A DNA stretch of 64,000 nucleotides from positions 1,550,001 through 1,614,000 of the forward strand of contig NW_027117340.1 in assembly GCF_038025025.1 (NCBI RefSeq), given 5' to 3'. Positions 24,899-38,048 of this stretch are shown here, piece after piece. Made by a program: the position numbers and the translations under genes. Every line of letters starts with the position of its first letter. The stretch's first letter is position 1. Under the pieces are notes generated by a model. It was not told where the DNA came from and ran no database searches. It saw only the letters and a list, made by a program, of their open reading frames with translations. Source of the stretch: Phyllosticta citribraziliensis (Eukaryota).

Positions 24899-25029
24899 TT
24901 TCGTGTCGCTGCAAGGTGAGCCTCAGTCGAGAGTGTTGCGAGGTTGGAGTTGGAGTTGGCGACGGGCTTCAAAAGCATTTGGGCGGTGGATTGTGATCAC
25001 CTTGACCTTACGGCGCCAAAGCTTAGTCG

Positions 25030-25753
25030 CAAGGCTCCGAAATGAACTTGTGAATACTCAGGTCTAGCTGCCAGCAACCAACGACAGCTCCCTAAGTGCG
25101 TCAGTGATGGCGGATGATTGCTCCTGAGGCGCGGACCTATGGCAGTGAACAATGTCTCATTTCTAATACCAAATGTGCTGCTAAAGATACTCAGCTGCGA
25201 GCAGAGACATAGTGCCTGTCGGAATGGAGGTTCTCCGTCCTTGGAAGTAGGGTAGTGGCTCACTCACCAGTATGGACTCACCTCTACCAACTCAAGATAT
25301 TCTTCCGAGAGCTGATGCCGAAAGAAACGACTTGGATCAATGGCAGATGAACGCTCCCTGAGTGCATCTGTCATGGCGGACGACTGCTCCTCAAACGTCA
25401 CTGCAATAGCAGATGAACGCTCCCTAGGTGCGACCACGGCAGTAAATGATGCCTCATTCTTTTCGAAACCCACTGCGCTGCCAGATACTCCGCTGCGAGC
25501 GGAGACATGTCAACTGTCGGAGTGGTGGTTCTTGTTAGTAGCTCACTCACCCGTACCACTGACCGACACATTCTCCCCATGGCGGGTGCAGAAAGAAGAC
25601 CCCCAGGTCGAGCAGCAACAACAAAGCTCAGCTCCCTGAGTGCATCTGCAATGGCGGACGACTGCTCCCCAGGCGTCACTGCAATACCAGACGAACGCTC
25701 CCAAGGTGCAACCCCAGCAGTGAATGATGCCTCATTCTTTTCGAAACCCACTT
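25030..25753. mobile_element. Second cluster of the same MITE-like family: three tandem ~270-280 bp units (element ~25030-25180, 25309-25475, 25580-25753, each with shared flank)
   Basis: Near-identical blocks 25352-25474 and 25631-25752 ending ATTCTTTTCGAAACCCACT (reverse complement AGTGGGTTTCGAAAAGAAT); 33-bp internal periodicity; the flank AGATACTC.GCTGCGAGC.GAGACAT...GCTCACTCACC is repeated. Confidence 0.65.
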
Positions 25754-26111
25754 TGTTCCCAAGCTCTTTGGCCGCTGCAAATCTTTAGCTTGGGTAAAAT
25801 TCAACATCACGGCAAGATTGACGGGTTTGAAGAACAACGAAATTGCGCTTAACTACACTGGCTAGTACCATCCCTACCCGTCGCCACGTGCTTAAAAGCT
25901 GGTGTATCAACAGCAGAGACAAAGGAAATTGGTGATGCAGTTGACGTGGTTTGAGGTGGTCTCGAGAATGCACTAGAGGTCTTTCCTACTTAGAGGCAGC
26001 CATTTGGAATCACCATGCTCTATTATACATCTCTAAAACGTCACCCTCATCAGCGACGTTCTAACCAATGTGATTTTTTTGCTTAGAACGTACTCCTTTA
26101 GAGCCTCCTGT

Positions 26112-28270
26112 TTAAGCGACGAAGCTCTTGGTGAAGTCCTTGACGACATCCCTCAACTTAGCCTCAAGGTCCTTGCTCAGAGCACCCTCGCGGTCAATGC
26201 TGGCGAGAAGTTCAGACTCGTTGGTCTTAAGGTGGGAAAGGATATCAGCCTCCCACTGGAGAATCTTGTTGACGGGGACGTTGTCGAGGAGACCGTTGAC
26301 ACCAGCGAAGATGAGGGGAACCATCTCGTTGACGGCCATGGGAGTGTACTGCTTCTGCTTGAGCAGCTCAGTCAGACGCTCACCACGGCTGAGCGTCTGC
26401 TTGGTGGCAGCGTCCAAGTCGGAGCCGAACTGGGCGAAGGCAGCAACCTCACGGTACTGGGCCAAGAAGAGCTTGAGCGAACCAGCGACTTGCTTCATGG
26501 CCTTGAGCTGGGCAGCAGAACCGACACGAGAGACGGAAAGACCGACGTTGATGGCGGGGCGGATACCCTTGTAGAACAGCTCGGACTCCAAGAAGATCTG
26601 GCCGTCGGTGATGGAAATGACGTTGGTGGGAATGTAGGCAGAAACGTCACCACCCTGGGTCTCGATGATGGGAAGGGCAGTCAGCGAACCACCGCCGTGC
26701 TTGTCGCTGAGCTTGGCGGCGCGCTCGAGCAGACGAGAGTGGAGGTAGAAAACGCTGCTCAACGTTAGAGGCTGCTAAATCTCAAGGTCTTGAAACCACT
26801 CACTCGCCAGGGTAGGCCTCACGTCCGGGGGGACGACGGAGCAGCAGGGACATTTGACGGTAGGCGACGGCCTGCTTGGAAAGGTCATCGTAGATGATAA
26901 CGGCGTGCTTGCCGTTGTCACGGAACCACTCCCCGATGGCAGTCTTGCGGTAGGTTATTAGAATCCAGAAGCTTCAACACGTCAAGAGGGAGGACTCACG
27001 CCGGTGAAGGGAGCAATGTACTGCAGAGGAGCGGCCTCGGAGGCAGTGGCGGCAACGACGATGGAGTACTTCATGGCATCGTTCTCCTCGAGGGTCTTGA
27101 CGAGCTGGGCGACAGTGGAACGCTTCTGGCCCACGGCCACGTAGACACAGTAGAGCTTTTTGGTCTCGTCGTTGGCGGAGTTCCACCTCTTCTGGTTGAG
27201 CATGGCGTCGAGAGCGACGGCAGTCTTACCGGTCTGACGGTCACCGATGATCAACTCACGCTGACCACGGCCAATGGGAACCATGGCGTCGACGGACTTG
27301 AGACCAGTCTGCACGGGCTGGTTGACGGAACGACGGGGAAGGATACCGGGAGCCTTGAGCTGAGCACGGCGCTTCTCAGTGGTCTTGAGGGGGCCCTTGC
27401 CGTCAATGGGGTTACCAAGAGCGTCGACGACACGGCCGAGAAGCTCAGGGCCGACAGGGACGTCGACCTGTGTAAACAACAGTCAGCCTTGCAAGTTGGG
27501 TACGTCATTGGAGCTTCGGAAACCCACAATCTCGCCCGTACGCTTGACGGTCTCACCCTCCCTGACCAAACGGTCAGAGCCGAACAGGACGACACCGACC
27601 TGGCCGGCCTCGAGGTTCATGCACATGCCCTTGACGCCAGAGGCGAACCTGGAAAGCTGTCAATTGATGGATGCCGCATGGCCCAACCCGCGGTGGTACT
27701 TACTCGACGAGCTCCTCGGCCTGGACATTGCTCATGCCGTGAACACGGGCAATACCGTCACTGCGATCCAAGTGTCAGACTAGCCCAGAAATCCCAATGC
27801 GCATTCGTTGTCGTTTGGATGGTGTTGGCGAGGGAGCGTACCCGACGGAAAGGACGCGGCCGGTCTCGGCGAGGCCGGACTCCTCCTGCACACCGCGGAT
27901 CCTCTGCTCCAGGATGGAGGAAACCTCAGTAGGAGCAGCCTTGGCGTCGGAGGCATAGCTGCGGAGGCCGTTGGAAGCAGCGTTGAAGACGGCGGGGGTG
28001 GTACGGGTCTATTGAGGTTGCGCGGAAAAATCGTCAGCCCTCGGTTCCTGCAAAGAGCTCCAGCGCATGGCAGCGACGCGGCCGCAGCGCCAATTCGGGG
28101 TCCACAGGGTCGGAAGAGACAGATATGAAGTCGAAGAAGCTTGGATCGATAACGCATCGCGCAGAGAGGCGTGGCGGCGATGAGATTGATGGACTTACCG
28201 AAGCAATTCTGCCAGCGGCAGAGATTGCCCCGACGGTGCGGGTGGACTGTCTGAGGGCGTTCCTGAACAT
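26112..28270 (-). CDS. ATP1: Mitochondrial ATP synthase F1 alpha subunit, ~555 aa; introns 28198-28009, 27841-27761, 27703-27649, 27527-27468, 26999-26944, 26803-26755
   Basis: Mitochondrial presequence [11 protein letters not shown], Walker [33 protein letters not shown] and [13 protein letters not shown]; six introns give a continuous frame. Confidence 0.98.
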
Positions 28271-28892
28271 GGCTGCGTGCTCAGAAAGCTTCGTTCGATA
28301 GCACTGCTATCAATTGAGATTGAAGCAGGGGGAGGAGAGGGGAGAGTGGTGCTCGGTGGGATGGAGCTCTTGGTGGAAGAGGACGAAGGACCCGAGCCTC
28401 CTCTCAACTTCGCACTGCCGCTAGTCCGCTTAAGTAAAGCGCCAAGCATCCGAACATCGCGCCCGTCGGCCGGCCACGGGAGGAGACATGTACACAGCTC
28501 TGCCATCTATATATTTCCTTTGGTCTTTATCGACGCTGTTTACAAACTTCATCCTTTTTCTCCTCCCCAAGCCTGAGACCTCGACCTCACCCTCAACTCC
28601 TCTCCCGGACTGGCATACCCGACTGGGACGAATCCCAAGGCATTTACCCGGCTACAACGGCGCTTATGCAGGTTGCGCCTCGAGTGCGTGCAAACACGCT
28701 GACGGTCGACTGACACCCGGGGGCCACCAAAGGACCACTAGCGTCATTTTCAATTTGAACCAGCTCCTATGATATGTCCTCACCAGTCCGCCAAGCGGAT
28801 GTGCTGAATTGCGTCAAAGAATCATGCACCTCCCGCCGTCCGAGCTATGCTTTAACATTGACCTCCATCCTCTTGTGTTCAATCCCCGCTAC

Positions 28893-29656
28893 TCACTTGC
28901 TGTTTCCATTGGCTTTGCCATTGGCGGCTGCCTTCCTGTCCCGGTCCTCTCTGAATTTCTTGAGGTTCTTGGCTACGGCACTGTCGATCCTGCTCTTCAG
29001 TTCGGGGCGGTACCCAAAGTAGAACAAGACCTCGAGCCACACAAACAGAGGGGCCAAGAACAAAGCTTGCACGATGTTGTCGAGCAGGGCTGGTGCGCGA
29101 CCCTCAAACTTGCCATGGCCAACGAATTGGGCGACCCATGAAAATATGTGAAGGCCTAGCGCCCACCAGTTGGCCGTCGCGCCATATGTGGCCAGCAGGT
29201 GCTGGACGCAGGCTGTGCCCGCAAAGAGGAGCGGGGCAAGCAATCCTCCAGCCACTGGCTCCATCAAAATGTATAACAATGAATATAGGGCTGCAAATCC
29301 GGTGGCAGCGTTAAGCGGGAGATTCGGAACGGAGACCGCCGCTGGGAGAGCAATGGCCGGTGTGTTAGCGAGCTGCAATTCAGCGTTAGTTCCGGCATAG
29401 CTGGCCCCAAAGCGCTCAAAAGGCTTACGAAGAGAAAGGCCGTCGCCATGATTAGAGGGACGCAAGTAATGTGGACGCCGATGTTGACCTGGTTGGCGTG
29501 TTAATTTGCGCTTGTTGAATCCAGCAGGACGTCATCGTACCGGGTTATGGTGATAGCTCCCATACTGCGACCGTTAGCTCTTGCGACACAGGCAGGCAGT
29601 GCTGCGGTTGGTGCGGTACATACAAAGGTGAGCTGCTTCTCGAGGTTCAAGGCCAT
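28893..29656 (-). CDS. MPO1: DUF962/Mpo1-like ER membrane protein (2-hydroxy fatty acid dioxygenase family), ~198 aa; introns 29623-29565, 29540-29489, 29428-29373
   Basis: Spliced MALNLEKQLTFYGSYHHNPVNIGVHITCVP, WVAQFVGHGKFEGRAPALLDN and LAPLFVWLE. Confidence 0.9.
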
Positions 29657-30322
29657 GGTTAAGTGGGGCCGAGGAGAATGAGAGGAGGTAGACAGGACTG
29701 GGTGGAGAGAGGCGGAGAGGAAAGATCCCAAGCAGGGTCGAAGAATGGCCAGCCGCGGAAGAAGGGGAGAGGTATGGTGACCGAGGTGGTGGTGAGCGGA
29801 CAGACCAGGCCGTCGTTCGTCATGCCCTGGAGCCGTCGGCTTCTTCCCCAGCCGCAGCTCCCGTCGCCGTCACATGTGCCCGTCCCGTCGGCGCGCAAAT
29901 ATTGCCTGTTCCGCAAACTCAACACCAACGCCGGTCGCCTCTTGCCTGACCTCACTCGACCTGCCCGTGTCGCCGCAGCGCCCGTTCCCAGACGCGCTGT
30001 CCCGCCGTCGCGTGCTCCCTCGTTTGCAGTGCGGCCGTCCTCGACTGCGGGGTGTGCGAGCGCGTCGTCGGCCTGGACGAGCTCGCTCGGTGCGCATCCG
30101 TGGGGAGAGCTCCTCCGTCCAAACTCCAATTCAACGTCCCAATTACCTGCCACGTCCCTCATTCTCTTCGCCGCCTTGGATACCCGCGTACCATAACTAA
30201 AAGCCGCACTCGCTGGCCGCCCCATTTAATACCGGCCGCCTCTCCTTCTGGTCGCTCCTCCCACCCAAGCTCCAAAACCGCCGTCTCCAGAGCCCCGACA
30301 CGCTGCACGCTTCTCCGACACC

Positions 30323-31010
30323 ATGTTCTTTCTCCACGAGCTTGAGCGCACCATCACCCTACACCCGTCGTTTCTGGGCCCCAACGTACACGAGTATATC
30401 GAGGAACGGTTAAAACAAGATGTCGAGGGCATTCAGATTGAAAACTACTTCATCATCTGCGTCATGGACTCCCAAGACAAGTCCGAGGGTCGCGTGATGC
30501 CTGGAACTGGCTACATTGAATACAATGTCCACTTCAAGGCCATTGTGTGGAGACCATTCAAAGGCGAAATCGTAGGTTCACAGGCGCCGCGGAATAAATT
30601 CAGGGCATTGACCGTCGTGTAGATGGACGGAATCGTCACCGCTGTCCACGACTCTGGCTTCTTCGTTGAGATGGGCCCTCTCAACGGTTTCGTAGTCTCC
30701 AGCGTATGTGGTCGCGCTCGAGGTTTGTCGAGGCGCCGGCGCTAACTCTGGCCAGATGATTCCTAGCAATATCAAGTATGACGGCAATGCCACTCCCCCG
30801 CAATGGACCAACAATGCCGACCAGGTCATTGAGAAAGGCACACACGTTCGTGTCAAGGTCAAGGGTCTCCGCACAGAAATGGGCAACATGTATGCCATTG
30901 CAACTATCAAGGAGGACTATCTCGGGTACGTTGAACTTCCGCCCCGCCCATCTGCGCTCGTGGGACTTTTGCTCATGTTTTATGTTAGACCTCTCAACGA
31001 GAATCCGTAA
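30323..31010 (+). CDS. RPB7: RNA polymerase II subunit Rpb7, ~173 aa; introns 30572-30622, 30704-30755, 30926-30988
   Basis: MFFLHELERTITLHPSFLGP, VWRPFKGEI and YAIATIKEDYLGP. Confidence 0.95.
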
Positions 31011-31650
31011 TACTCGAGAAGATGGAGTTGGATACTTGAACAGCCAAAGCCCGAAGCCCTGAGTCGGCTTGGTCAACCATGAGGGTCTTGATCATGTGGC
31101 AATTGGGACGGGCGAAGCCCCAGCCCAACAAGTGCGATAGGGCCAAACTTCCAGCGCCCTGCCAAAAGAAAGAAGTGAAGCTACACAAGCTCTCGTTGTA
31201 TTATTTTGGGGATATCAGATCACCGAGTAATGCAAAACAATGGAGGCCGGGAGGCCTTCCGACGTGTTTCCGAAACAATTATGCATGGCTGTGGACCACA
31301 CGCCAGCCGATTTATAGAACACAAGCCAGATCTTCAAGTTTTTCATTCCTTTGATGCCCTCTGTGTGAATGTCGGTCGGCCCGCAACTAGAGGTCAATAA
31401 CGGTCAATTCGGCATGCACCAATAAAGGGTTCTCTTGGCGTCGCCCCCGGAGGTGCCTGCACTCGTGTTCAATATGCTATGTAGATAACTTGCCATCAAC
31501 CAGCTTCTCTTGCGAGAAGCCGACACATTCCAATAACTAGTTGATTCTCCGGTCAACCAGTGGACTAGCCGATGGCGACTGCGCTAAACAATTGCTAGTG
31601 CTGTAGCCCACCAACCCCACGACCGTACAACCACCGCCGAGAGACTCGCC

Positions 31651-34431
31651 ATGTCCAAGGAGCGTCCCCTCAACGATGAGGAGACGCAGCCACTCACCAA
31701 AGAAGTCGCCGATGCGCCGCGAGAATCAGAAGACGGGCCGCGTGCCTCGACGAGCACTGCGTCAACCACCTCACTGGTCCTCGAGGGCTTGAACGGCGAG
31801 TACTCGAAGGCGCGGGCGTCCGAGCCCTACACGGACGCAAACAGCCCCAACAACCAATCGCGAGAACACGCGCTCGACATTGAGGATGGCAACTACTACG
31901 GCGGAGTACGGCCCGCAGATAAACGGCTTCGACGATGGTTATGGATCCTGGGTATAATATGCGCGACGGGTTGGGCATTTGCTTTGGTCGCATTCATCTA
32001 CCAAGGCTCCTACCACCACGCCTCGACCAAGCCGCACGACCCGGCTGCGACGGCCTCGAGAGGATCAGGACGGAAAGTCAAGCTTGACGAGGTACTTCGT
32101 GGAGAATGGAGCCCCACACGACATTCATTGTCCTGGATCGCTGGACCCGGTGGTGAAGATGGATTGCTGCTGGAGAAGGGCGGCTCGCACAAGAAGGGCT
32201 ACCTGGTCGTTGAAGACGTCCGTCACAGGGACGAAAAAGAGGCGTCTGAGCATACCACAGTTCTCATGAAAGGTGCGGGCTTCTATGCTGGAGACAAATG
32301 GGTGCAACCGCAGGAAGTCTGGCCGTCGCCGGATTTCAAAAAGGTGCTCGTCATGACGAACAAGGAGCACAACTGGAGGCATTCGTTTTATGGAATCTAC
32401 TACCTCTTCGATGTGGAAACGCAGACTGGCGAGCCCTTGGATACCCAACACCCGGATGTCAGAATACAGCTTGCGACATGGTCTCCGAATTCGGACGCAA
32501 TCGTGTTTACGAGAGAGAGCAACATGTTCTTGCGCCGGACAGATACCACTACCATCACGAGAATCACCAGCGATGGCAGCCCAGATCTCTTCTATGGTGT
32601 TCCTGACTGGGTCTATGAAGAGGAAGTATTTAGCGGCCGCGTTGCTACTTGGTGGTCCCAGGATGGCAACTATATTGCGTTTCTCCGCACCGACGAGTCC
32701 AGAGTCCCAACGTACCCTGTCCAGTATTTCTTTTCCAGGCCAAGTGGCACTGAGCCAAAAGAGGGCGAGGAGGACTATCCGGAAGTTCGTGACATCAAGT
32801 ACCCCAAGGCGGGGGCACCCAATCCGATTGTCAACCTTCAATTCTACGATGTCCAGAAGAAAGAGGTCTTTTCCGTCAAAATTGACAAAGATTTTCCCGA
32901 TCTCGATCGTTTGATCACAGAGGTTGTCTGGGCCAAGAACGAGCAGGTGTTGATCCGCGAGACTAATCGCGAAAGCGACGTCCTCAAAATCAGTCTTGTC
33001 GACGTTCGTACGCGGACTGGAAACATTGTGCGGACTGAAGATGTCGCTGCCCTTGACGGAGGATGGTTTGAGGTCAATCAAAAGACGACCTTTGTCCCCG
33101 CAGACCCAGAAAACGGACGTCCGTACGACGGCTACATCGACATGATCATTCACAATGGCTATGATCATCTCGGCTACTTTACACCCTTGAATTCTTCGAA
33201 ACCGATTCTTCTTACGGAAGGCAACTGGGAGGTTGTTGATGCGCCATCTGCCGTTGATCTCAAGAAGAATTACGTCTACTTTGTTGCCACCCGCGAGAGC
33301 TCCATTCAGCGGCATGTCTACCGTGTCAATCTCGAAGGTGGCGCTTTTGAGGCTTTGACCGACACCAAGAAGGAGGGCTACCACGACGTTGAATTTTCCA
33401 GCGGAGCTGGGTTCGCGCTTCTCTCCTACCAAGGGCCCAACATTCCTTGGCAAAAGATCATTAGCACTCCCAGTTCTTCGTCGTCTTACTCGAGCATCGT
33501 TGAAGAAAATACCAGGCTGGCAGATATGGCACGGAAGCATGAGCTGCCGATTCAGGTGTATTCTACCTTCAAAGTCGACGACTTGGATCTCAACATCGTG
33601 GAGAGACGCCCCCCTCACTTTGACTCTAGCAAGCAATACCCTGTCCTCTTCTTCCTTTACAACGGGCCCGGCAGCCAGCAAGTCACGAAGAAGTTTTCAG
33701 TCGACTTCCAGGCTTATGTCGCGTCGGCACTCGGCTACATTGTCGTCACCGTGGATGGTCGCGGAACTGGCTTCATAGGCCGCAAAGGGCGCTGCGTCGT
33801 ACGCGGAAACCTGGGCCACTACGAAGCAACAGACCAGATCCTCGTTGCCAAAATGTACAAGGAGAAGAGCTACGTCGACGCGGAGCGCATCGCCATTTGG
33901 GGCTGGAGCTACGGCGGCTTCATGACACTCAAGACGCTGGAGCAAGACGCTGGCGAGACGTTCAAGTACGGTATGGCGGTGGCGCCTGTGACCGACTGGC
34001 GGTACTACGACAGCATCTACACGGAGCGCTACATGCACACGCCGCAGCACAATCCCCAAGGCTACAACCAGGTCGCCATCAGCAACGCAACGGCGCTCTC
34101 GCAGAACGTGCGCTTCCTTGTTATGCATGGTGTCGCCGACGACAACGTCCACTTCCAGAACAGCCTGGCTTTGCTCGATCGCCTCGATCTTGCGAGCGTT
34201 GAGAACTACGATGTTCACGTTTTTCCTGACAGCGACCACAGCATCTACTTCCACAATGCGAATCGAATCGTCTATGACAGTAAGGATTCCCCCCTCATGG
34301 CTTTCTCAGACCATGCTAACTTGTCTTCAGAGCTGAGCAATTGGCTCATCAACGCCTTCAATGGTGAATGGCTTAAGACGGCCAATCCCAAACCTATCTC
34401 TACGATTGATGGGATCTCGCATCGACGATGA
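31651..34431 (+). CDS. dapB: Dipeptidyl aminopeptidase B (DPP-IV, peptidase S9B, type II membrane), ~909 aa; intron 34280-34330
   Basis: N-terminal TM anchor, WRHSF, DWVYEEE, YPKAG, catalytic [15 protein letters not shown] and DSDHSI. Confidence 0.95.
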   Translation: MSKERPLNDEETQPLTKEVADAPRESEDGPRASTSTASTTSLVLEGLNGEYSKARASEPYTDANSPNNQSREHALDIEDGNYYGGVRPADKRLRRWLWILGIICATGWAFALVAFIYQGSYHHASTKPHDPAATASRGSGRKVKLDEVLRGEWSPTRHSLSWIAGPGGEDGLLLEKGGSHKKGYLVVEDVRHRDEKEASEHTTVLMKGAGFYAGDKWVQPQEVWPSPDFKKVLVMTNKEHNWRHSFYGIYYLFDVETQTGEPLDTQHPDVRIQLATWSPNSDAIVFTRESNMFLRRTDTTTITRITSDGSPDLFYGVPDWVYEEEVFSGRVATWWSQDGNYIAFLRTDESRVPTYPVQYFFSRPSGTEPKEGEEDYPEVRDIKYPKAGAPNPIVNLQFYDVQKKEVFSVKIDKDFPDLDRLITEVVWAKNEQVLIRETNRESDVLKISLVDVRTRTGNIVRTEDVAALDGGWFEVNQKTTFVPADPENGRPYDGYIDMIIHNGYDHLGYFTPLNSSKPILLTEGNWEVVDAPSAVDLKKNYVYFVATRESSIQRHVYRVNLEGGAFEALTDTKKEGYHDVEFSSGAGFALLSYQGPNIPWQKIISTPSSSSSYSSIVEENTRLADMARKHELPIQVYSTFKVDDLDLNIVERRPPHFDSSKQYPVLFFLYNGPGSQQVTKKFSVDFQAYVASALGYIVVTVDGRGTGFIGRKGRCVVRGNLGHYEATDQILVAKMYKEKSYVDAERIAIWGWSYGGFMTLKTLEQDAGETFKYGMAVAPVTDWRYYDSIYTERYMHTPQHNPQGYNQVAISNATALSQNVRFLVMHGVADDNVHFQNSLALLDRLDLASVENYDVHVFPDSDHSIYFHNANRIVYDSKDSPLMAFSDHANLSSELSNWLINAFNGEWLKTANPKPISTIDGISHRR

Positions 34432-36088
34432 TGAAGACGTGGTCAGTTTTTAAGGAATATGAAGATGCATTTTAGGACGACTTTTGCTTGTTTCCTTGGG
34501 TTGTATTCAGCACGAGACGGGCGGGTCACGGGTGGGTGCTTTGCTAGAGATACTGCCCTGCGAGACGGAACAGCCAGGGCAAGCAGGTATTTGCATAGAG
34601 AATGGGAGTCTTTCAAATTATCATGTATTAGTACTATTAGTGCTGTCACTATACCATGGCTTACGCTAATGCGCGGAACATGAAGAACCAAGGGGAAGAA
34701 TTGTGCGTATGCTGCGATGGGATGCAGGCACAACCAAGTGTGTAGGTCGAATCTTGTCCGAGGAAAATGTCTGGGTGCTTCTGAAAAAGATGGCTCATGG
34801 CAGACTGCAAAATGTACATGTAGGCAAGCACTTGCAGAAAAAGGAACACAAAGAAGCGCTTCCATTAAATCAGCAATGAAAGCCGGTCCAAGCGAGAATC
34901 GAACTCAAGCCCTCTGTTGGCCAAAAAAAGCGAGCCAGCGAACGATCGCTCAGTCCTCAGTTGGGTGGCCAAATACGGAGTATAGAAAGGAGGTTTGCTG
35001 CGGAAAGAATGAAAGAGAGGCTCACTCCAACTCGGCCGAGGCGCTGTGGCTCGTTGAAGATGTTGTCGCTTTTAGAGAATTTATTTATGACCGAGACTGG
35101 GTTGTCTTCATATGTGGCATGCGCACCCGCGCTGAGTTGGTCGTCTTTGTCCACTCGTCGCCTTGTTTGTCCCTCTCCATCACCACAAACAACCACCACT
35201 CTCGAGTACACAGGTGACCAAATTGTCAGATCATCTTAGCCTCGTGGCTCCTTCGCCATCTGCGGTACCTGGCTGTACGCGTAGGACGCGTAGGACGTAT
35301 CCAACCGCGCGCCTGCCGTCCTTCCACCCGCGTGGCTGCGCGGTTGGCTGCGGACAAGGAAGGAAAGAGAGGGCAATCCCGTCTTACCCACGTTGATTGC
35401 GCAAGCGACCTAGCTGCCGAGCAGAGTCTCGTCTAAAAGAAGAAAAGGGCTTGTCGCGAAAAAGAATAAACTCGCACTCATGCGCCGTTAGCCAATCCAT
35501 CGTTCAGTGAGAGGGCAAGACGGCAAGCCAACAGCTGTTTCGATGCGGCATGGTGCGTCGAAACCAAACCAATCTTATGCGTCCTTGGCCTTGCTTCTTG
35601 TTTTGCAGCCGCAGTGGTGGACCGCCGCTCATCCTCTGCCGCTCGACTCGTCGCGGCGCCTCCCTTTTGCCTCTCCCGCCGAGCCGCGATGTCATCCGCT
35701 AGGGGTTGCATGTGCAGAGGGGGCGTTGAGCGGCGAGCGAAACGCGCGTCTACATGCAGATGATAATGTAGGGGAAACATTCAGCCAGTGTGGCAATTGA
35801 GAATTTCCATGTAGAGTTTTTGTGTGTAGAGCCGCATAATTACAACAAAATAGACTTGGTATGATATGGTTGCTTCGGCCCAGTCAGCCAGCGAGAGAAT
35901 AGACGCCCAAAAAACGCCTGAACGTGAAAGAGGTGAAATTGCCGTCCCAGTCCCCAAATCAAGGAAGCGCCATGCTCGCCAGCCTCCTGCAAAGTCAGTC
36001 GCTCCTGCGGTATCCTACTCTCTCAAACACGAAACACATGCTGGTTTCCATCTCTTTCGCTAGCAAAAAAAGCATGACATTAGTAGTT

Positions 36089-38048
36089 TCAATCCTTCTC
36101 GTCGTCAATCTCTGAGCGACGGTCGTGAATGAAGCCCTGGTCCGTCTCAAGGGCGCGGTCCAGCGGCAACCCCTCAACCCAAAAGCTGATGACAAAGGCG
36201 AGCGCGCCAACGGCGCACATGACGATCCAGACGCGGCGCAAGGCGAAGACGTAAGCGAGGCGGAGGTTGTACTTTTCGGCGCTGTCGGGCATCGACTTGA
36301 TGACTTGCACCAGCGCGCTGGCGTCCTTTGAGAGTTCTCCTGCATTCGCTGCAAGCTCCCCTCCGAACGATGCCAGCTTGTTGCGCATCTCGTTTTGGAA
36401 GACGACACCGCCAATGGCGACGCCAATTGTTTGCCCCAACGCACGCATAAACGTGAACAAGGTGACAGCAGCGGCTTGGTCGGCATTGGAGGCTGCGGCT
36501 TGGACTGCCATGGCCATGCTGGGGAACAGGATGCCAGTACCGGCACCGGGTACAATATTGAGGAAGACAAATTGGGTAACCGTCGTGTTGACATCCATGT
36601 AGATCAATAGGCCGTATCCAAATGTCGTCAAGAACCAGCCTGACCACAAGGCCCAGCGGTAGCGACCAGTCCAGGCAATCGCGACGCCAACGACGATGGC
36701 TGCGGGGGCAACCGTGAATGTTTGAGGGAAAAGTGCAACACCGGCAAGGACGGGAGAGTAGCCCTTGACAGCTTCATAGTAGAATGGGCCATAGTAAAGA
36801 GCGCACCAGAGTACGAGGCCATGAAGAACGGTCTGTGCAAATGCCGAAGCACACGTGCGGTTCTTGAATAGATTGGTCCTGATGATGGGGTTCGTGGCAA
36901 ATCGATCCTCGTAGATGACAAAGCCGACGAGAGCAGCGCCGCACACGCAGAGAGGGACAAGCGTACGCCACGAGGACCATTCGTACATGACGCCGCCCCA
37001 GGTGACGGGAATGAGGAATCCGGTTGCCGACGCTACAAAGACGACGATTCCGATCCAGTCAATTGACTTCAGTCTGTCGATCAAGTCGCTGGGACGGTGG
37101 TGGAGGTTGAGGAAGAGCAGGACGAGGGGTGCGCCGATACCAATGAAGGGAAGGTTGATCCAGAAGATCCACCTCCAGCTCACATTTTCGGAGAAACCGC
37201 CACCTAAGCGGCATGTTAGAATAGTCGAAAAGGGTCACGGATTTGACTTACCCAGGACTGGTCCAGCAACAGTACCCAGTGCCCACACTGCACTGACGAC
37301 ACTCATCCACTTGCCTCTATCCCGCAGAGGAACCATATCTGTGACAATAACTTCTTCCAGAACCAGGATTCCACCACCTCCGATTCCTTGAATACTGCGT
37401 CCGACCAAGATGACTCCAAAGTCGTTGGCTAAAGCAGCGACAATGGCACCAACGCCGAAGAATGCCAAGGATATGATCAAGATGGGCTTGCGGCCGAAAA
37501 CTGTGCTGAATGTTCCCAGGACCGGTTGGAATACTGTGCATGTGAGGAGGAATGATGTACCAGACCAGAATGCCTCAATGGCAGATCCGTCGAGTTTTTT
37601 GGCCATTACCTGTATTCGAATCAGCCAAGAAGATCGTGAATAAACGCTTCGAGGAACATACTGGGAGTGCAACCGAAATGCTGGTTGCATCCAAAGCCGC
37701 CATCAAAGACACCACGCTAAGCGAACCAAAAGCAACGTAGAAACGCCAACCAGGCTTGAAATCTGACAGCCGAAAATTGGTCCTCGAAGAACTGTTCTCG
37801 TCGTCATGTTCAAAGTATGATAGTCTTCGTGTTGGTAAGGCGAGGACTTCGGTGGAGTTGAAACTGCTGAAGTAATGACCGGAAAAGTGCCCAGACTTCA
37901 TGGAAAGGGCCCTCGAGGTTGGTGCCGTAGTCAGGGCTGATTCTGGTATTGATGAATACAAGGAATCATGAGTGGACGGGGACAAGAATTGCGGGTTCTC
38001 CTCCACCACATGGTGTGACGGGTACGGTATGTTGGGCGGAGGCGACAT
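36089..38048 (-). CDS. MFS drug:H+ antiporter (DHA2/14-TMS type), ~619 aa; introns 37661-37610 and 37251-37204
   Basis: ALDATSISVALP, STVFGRKP, GRSIQGIGGGG, WRWIFWINLP and many TM helices; exact start uncertain. Confidence 0.9.

Noticed and set aside
23362..25753. CRISPR-like array interpretation of the 33-bp periodic repeats
   Set aside because: Eukaryotic context, no identical repeats alternating with unique spacers, and no cas genes; a TIR-bounded element fits better.
28009..28198. Unusually long ATP1 intron 1 (190 bp) as a possible snoRNA host
   Set aside because: No clear box C (RTGATGA)/box D pair or H/ACA layout visible by eye; an Rfam/Infernal scan would settle it.
32125..33681. 518-aa minus-strand ORF antisense to dapB (likewise the antisense ORFs over ATP1, LanCL, TAF7 and the orphan gene)
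   Set aside because: Same codon-bias artefact; fully overlaps a well-supported gene.
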